A stretch of 64,000 nucleotides of DNA from Octopus sinensis (lineage: Eukaryota). Both the position numbers and the translations under genes were made by a program. Below, piece by piece: positions 62,816 through 64,000 of this stretch. A model generated the notes under the pieces. It made no database searches. It saw only the letters and a program-made list of their open reading frames with translations, and had not been told where the DNA came from. The stretch is from NCBI RefSeq assembly GCF_006345805.1, contig NW_021837025.1:62001-126000 (forward strand). Direction: 5' to 3'. Each line of letters begins with the position of its first letter. Within the stretch, counting starts at the first letter, position 1.

Positions 62816-63389
62816 ATTTGAGAAACTCTTCTTCTGCAAGGGGCCTCCAATTCCGTCTCCTCAGTTAGCAACCGGGAATTTTTGAAAACTCCCTGTTCTT
62901 GCTGGACACTCTTTCGTCGCTGCCGTCTTCCTACAAATTAGTGAAGTCGTGGGTAAATAACAAACTAATTATATACAACACTGCCCTGGGAATTGCAGCA
63001 CTTAATTGGAAATTTTTCTACTACACCGAATTTAGAAAAAAGATAAATCCGCTCACAAAGAACTCCTGCACTACCCTTTTAGAGAAATCTCATTTTCTAA
63101 TCGTACTTGGGACAGTCTTTATACATATTAAGCTTTTATAAGTTGTTTTATGTCATTAAACAAAGTTGTAACAAAAGTACTGTTTGTATATAAGAGGAAT
63201 TTTTGTAAAAGTTAAGTCTTAGTCAATTTTAGCTTATTTAAACTAGCTTGTTGATTCCCCCAATGTTTTTTAATTTGTTTCCAAAATTAATATGCGTTCC
63301 TATTTCCAGAAGAATTAAAGATTCTAACTGAAACCAAAGACATGTTTATATAAATTATTATGTAATTCTATCTTAAATTATTTAAGAAT

Positions 63390-63920
63390 CCAGATCGTCA
63401 GTGATTTCTCTTCTTCGCTTGGAAGAAGAGTTTGCAACAAAATTCCTCATCATTTTCCATTTCTGCGTCAAAGTAATTGTTCAACTGAGTGGCCCTCACG
63501 GCATGCCACTCCGCAAGTTGATTGGCGGCAGAGGCGTACTCCTCGTTGTCTACCTTCATCCCATGTCTGTGTTCAATAAGCATACTCTCTAGAGTCCTCT
63601 TCAGCACAACGACCGACTGGATGTATGTCCTCGTTCCTTCTTCAATGGATAACTTGTGCATATGACTTTTAAAGAACTTTGAGACAACTCCATCCCATGT
63701 CAAGACAATTGGAATAATCTTCACTTTTGCTTCATAGAGAACTGACAGTTCGTTTGCAAGCAGGTCATATTTGTGAAATTTCTCCACTTCAACTTGCTTT
63801 AAAACGGTCTTGCGAGGTAACTCCCACTTCGATTAAATGAATTTCTCTTTTCTCTCTGTCATAAACGAAGATATCAGGTATTGAATTGAACCTTTGTTTC
63901 AGTCATAATTGAAGTGTCAA
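63390..63920 (-). mobile_element. R4-like RLE retroelement 3' fragment with frameshifts
   Basis: PDIFVYDREKREIHLIEVGVTSQD...EVEKFHKYDLLANEL..IIPIVLTWDGVVSKF is a PD-(D/E)xK restriction-like endonuclease. Confidence 0.85.
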
Positions 63921-64000
63921 AAACCAAGACAATAAATAGTCCAATTTATTATATCCTGTTATTATTGGATTAGTGACTAAACTCTCTTCCGGTCTGCCAC

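Noticed and set aside
1-64000. tRNA, rRNA or snRNA genes
   Set aside because: None recognised by eye. A covariance-model scan would be needed to exclude diverged ones.

Overview
Eukaryotic DNA from a very compact animal genome. GC-richer exons are packed into gene clusters with spacers as short as 26-141 bp, and AT-rich transposon graveyards separate the clusters. The introns I parsed are nearly all 20-26 nt, yet they sit at ancestral metazoan positions: PGK has ten introns of 21-25 nt. This resembles what is reported for dicyemid mesozoans. Orthonectids and myxozoans are alternatives, and the taxon cannot be fixed from this window. Recognisable genes: band-4.1 FERM, PGK, twinfilin, ISOC, ThrRS, ARPC4, LDB, MPRIP-like, MSL3/MRG, RUFY, MEX3, PNKP, stathmin-like, CPEB (Orb2 type), TBC1D20, UXT, VANGL, DDX20, septin and Piezo. 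Mobile DNA includes pogo/Tigger, Tc1-type MITEs, hAT, APE-type LINEs, and CRE-like and R4-like restriction-like-endonuclease (RLE) retroelement tails. Most notable observations: (1) a pogo CENP-B-type HTH fused in frame, across a micro-intron, to an intact CRE-type RLE nuclease and still inside pogo TIRs; (2) a hidden 85-aa four-exon microprotein built from four SILK-type PP1-docking motifs; (3) an intronless HtrL/YibB-like gene, a horizontal-transfer candidate; (4) a composite of a CRE fragment, an 11-copy ~168-bp satellite and a ~97% identical piece of the MSL3 gene 5.4 kb away, with junctions resembling templated insertions. Gene models and family calls were made by eye, so boundaries are approximate where stated.
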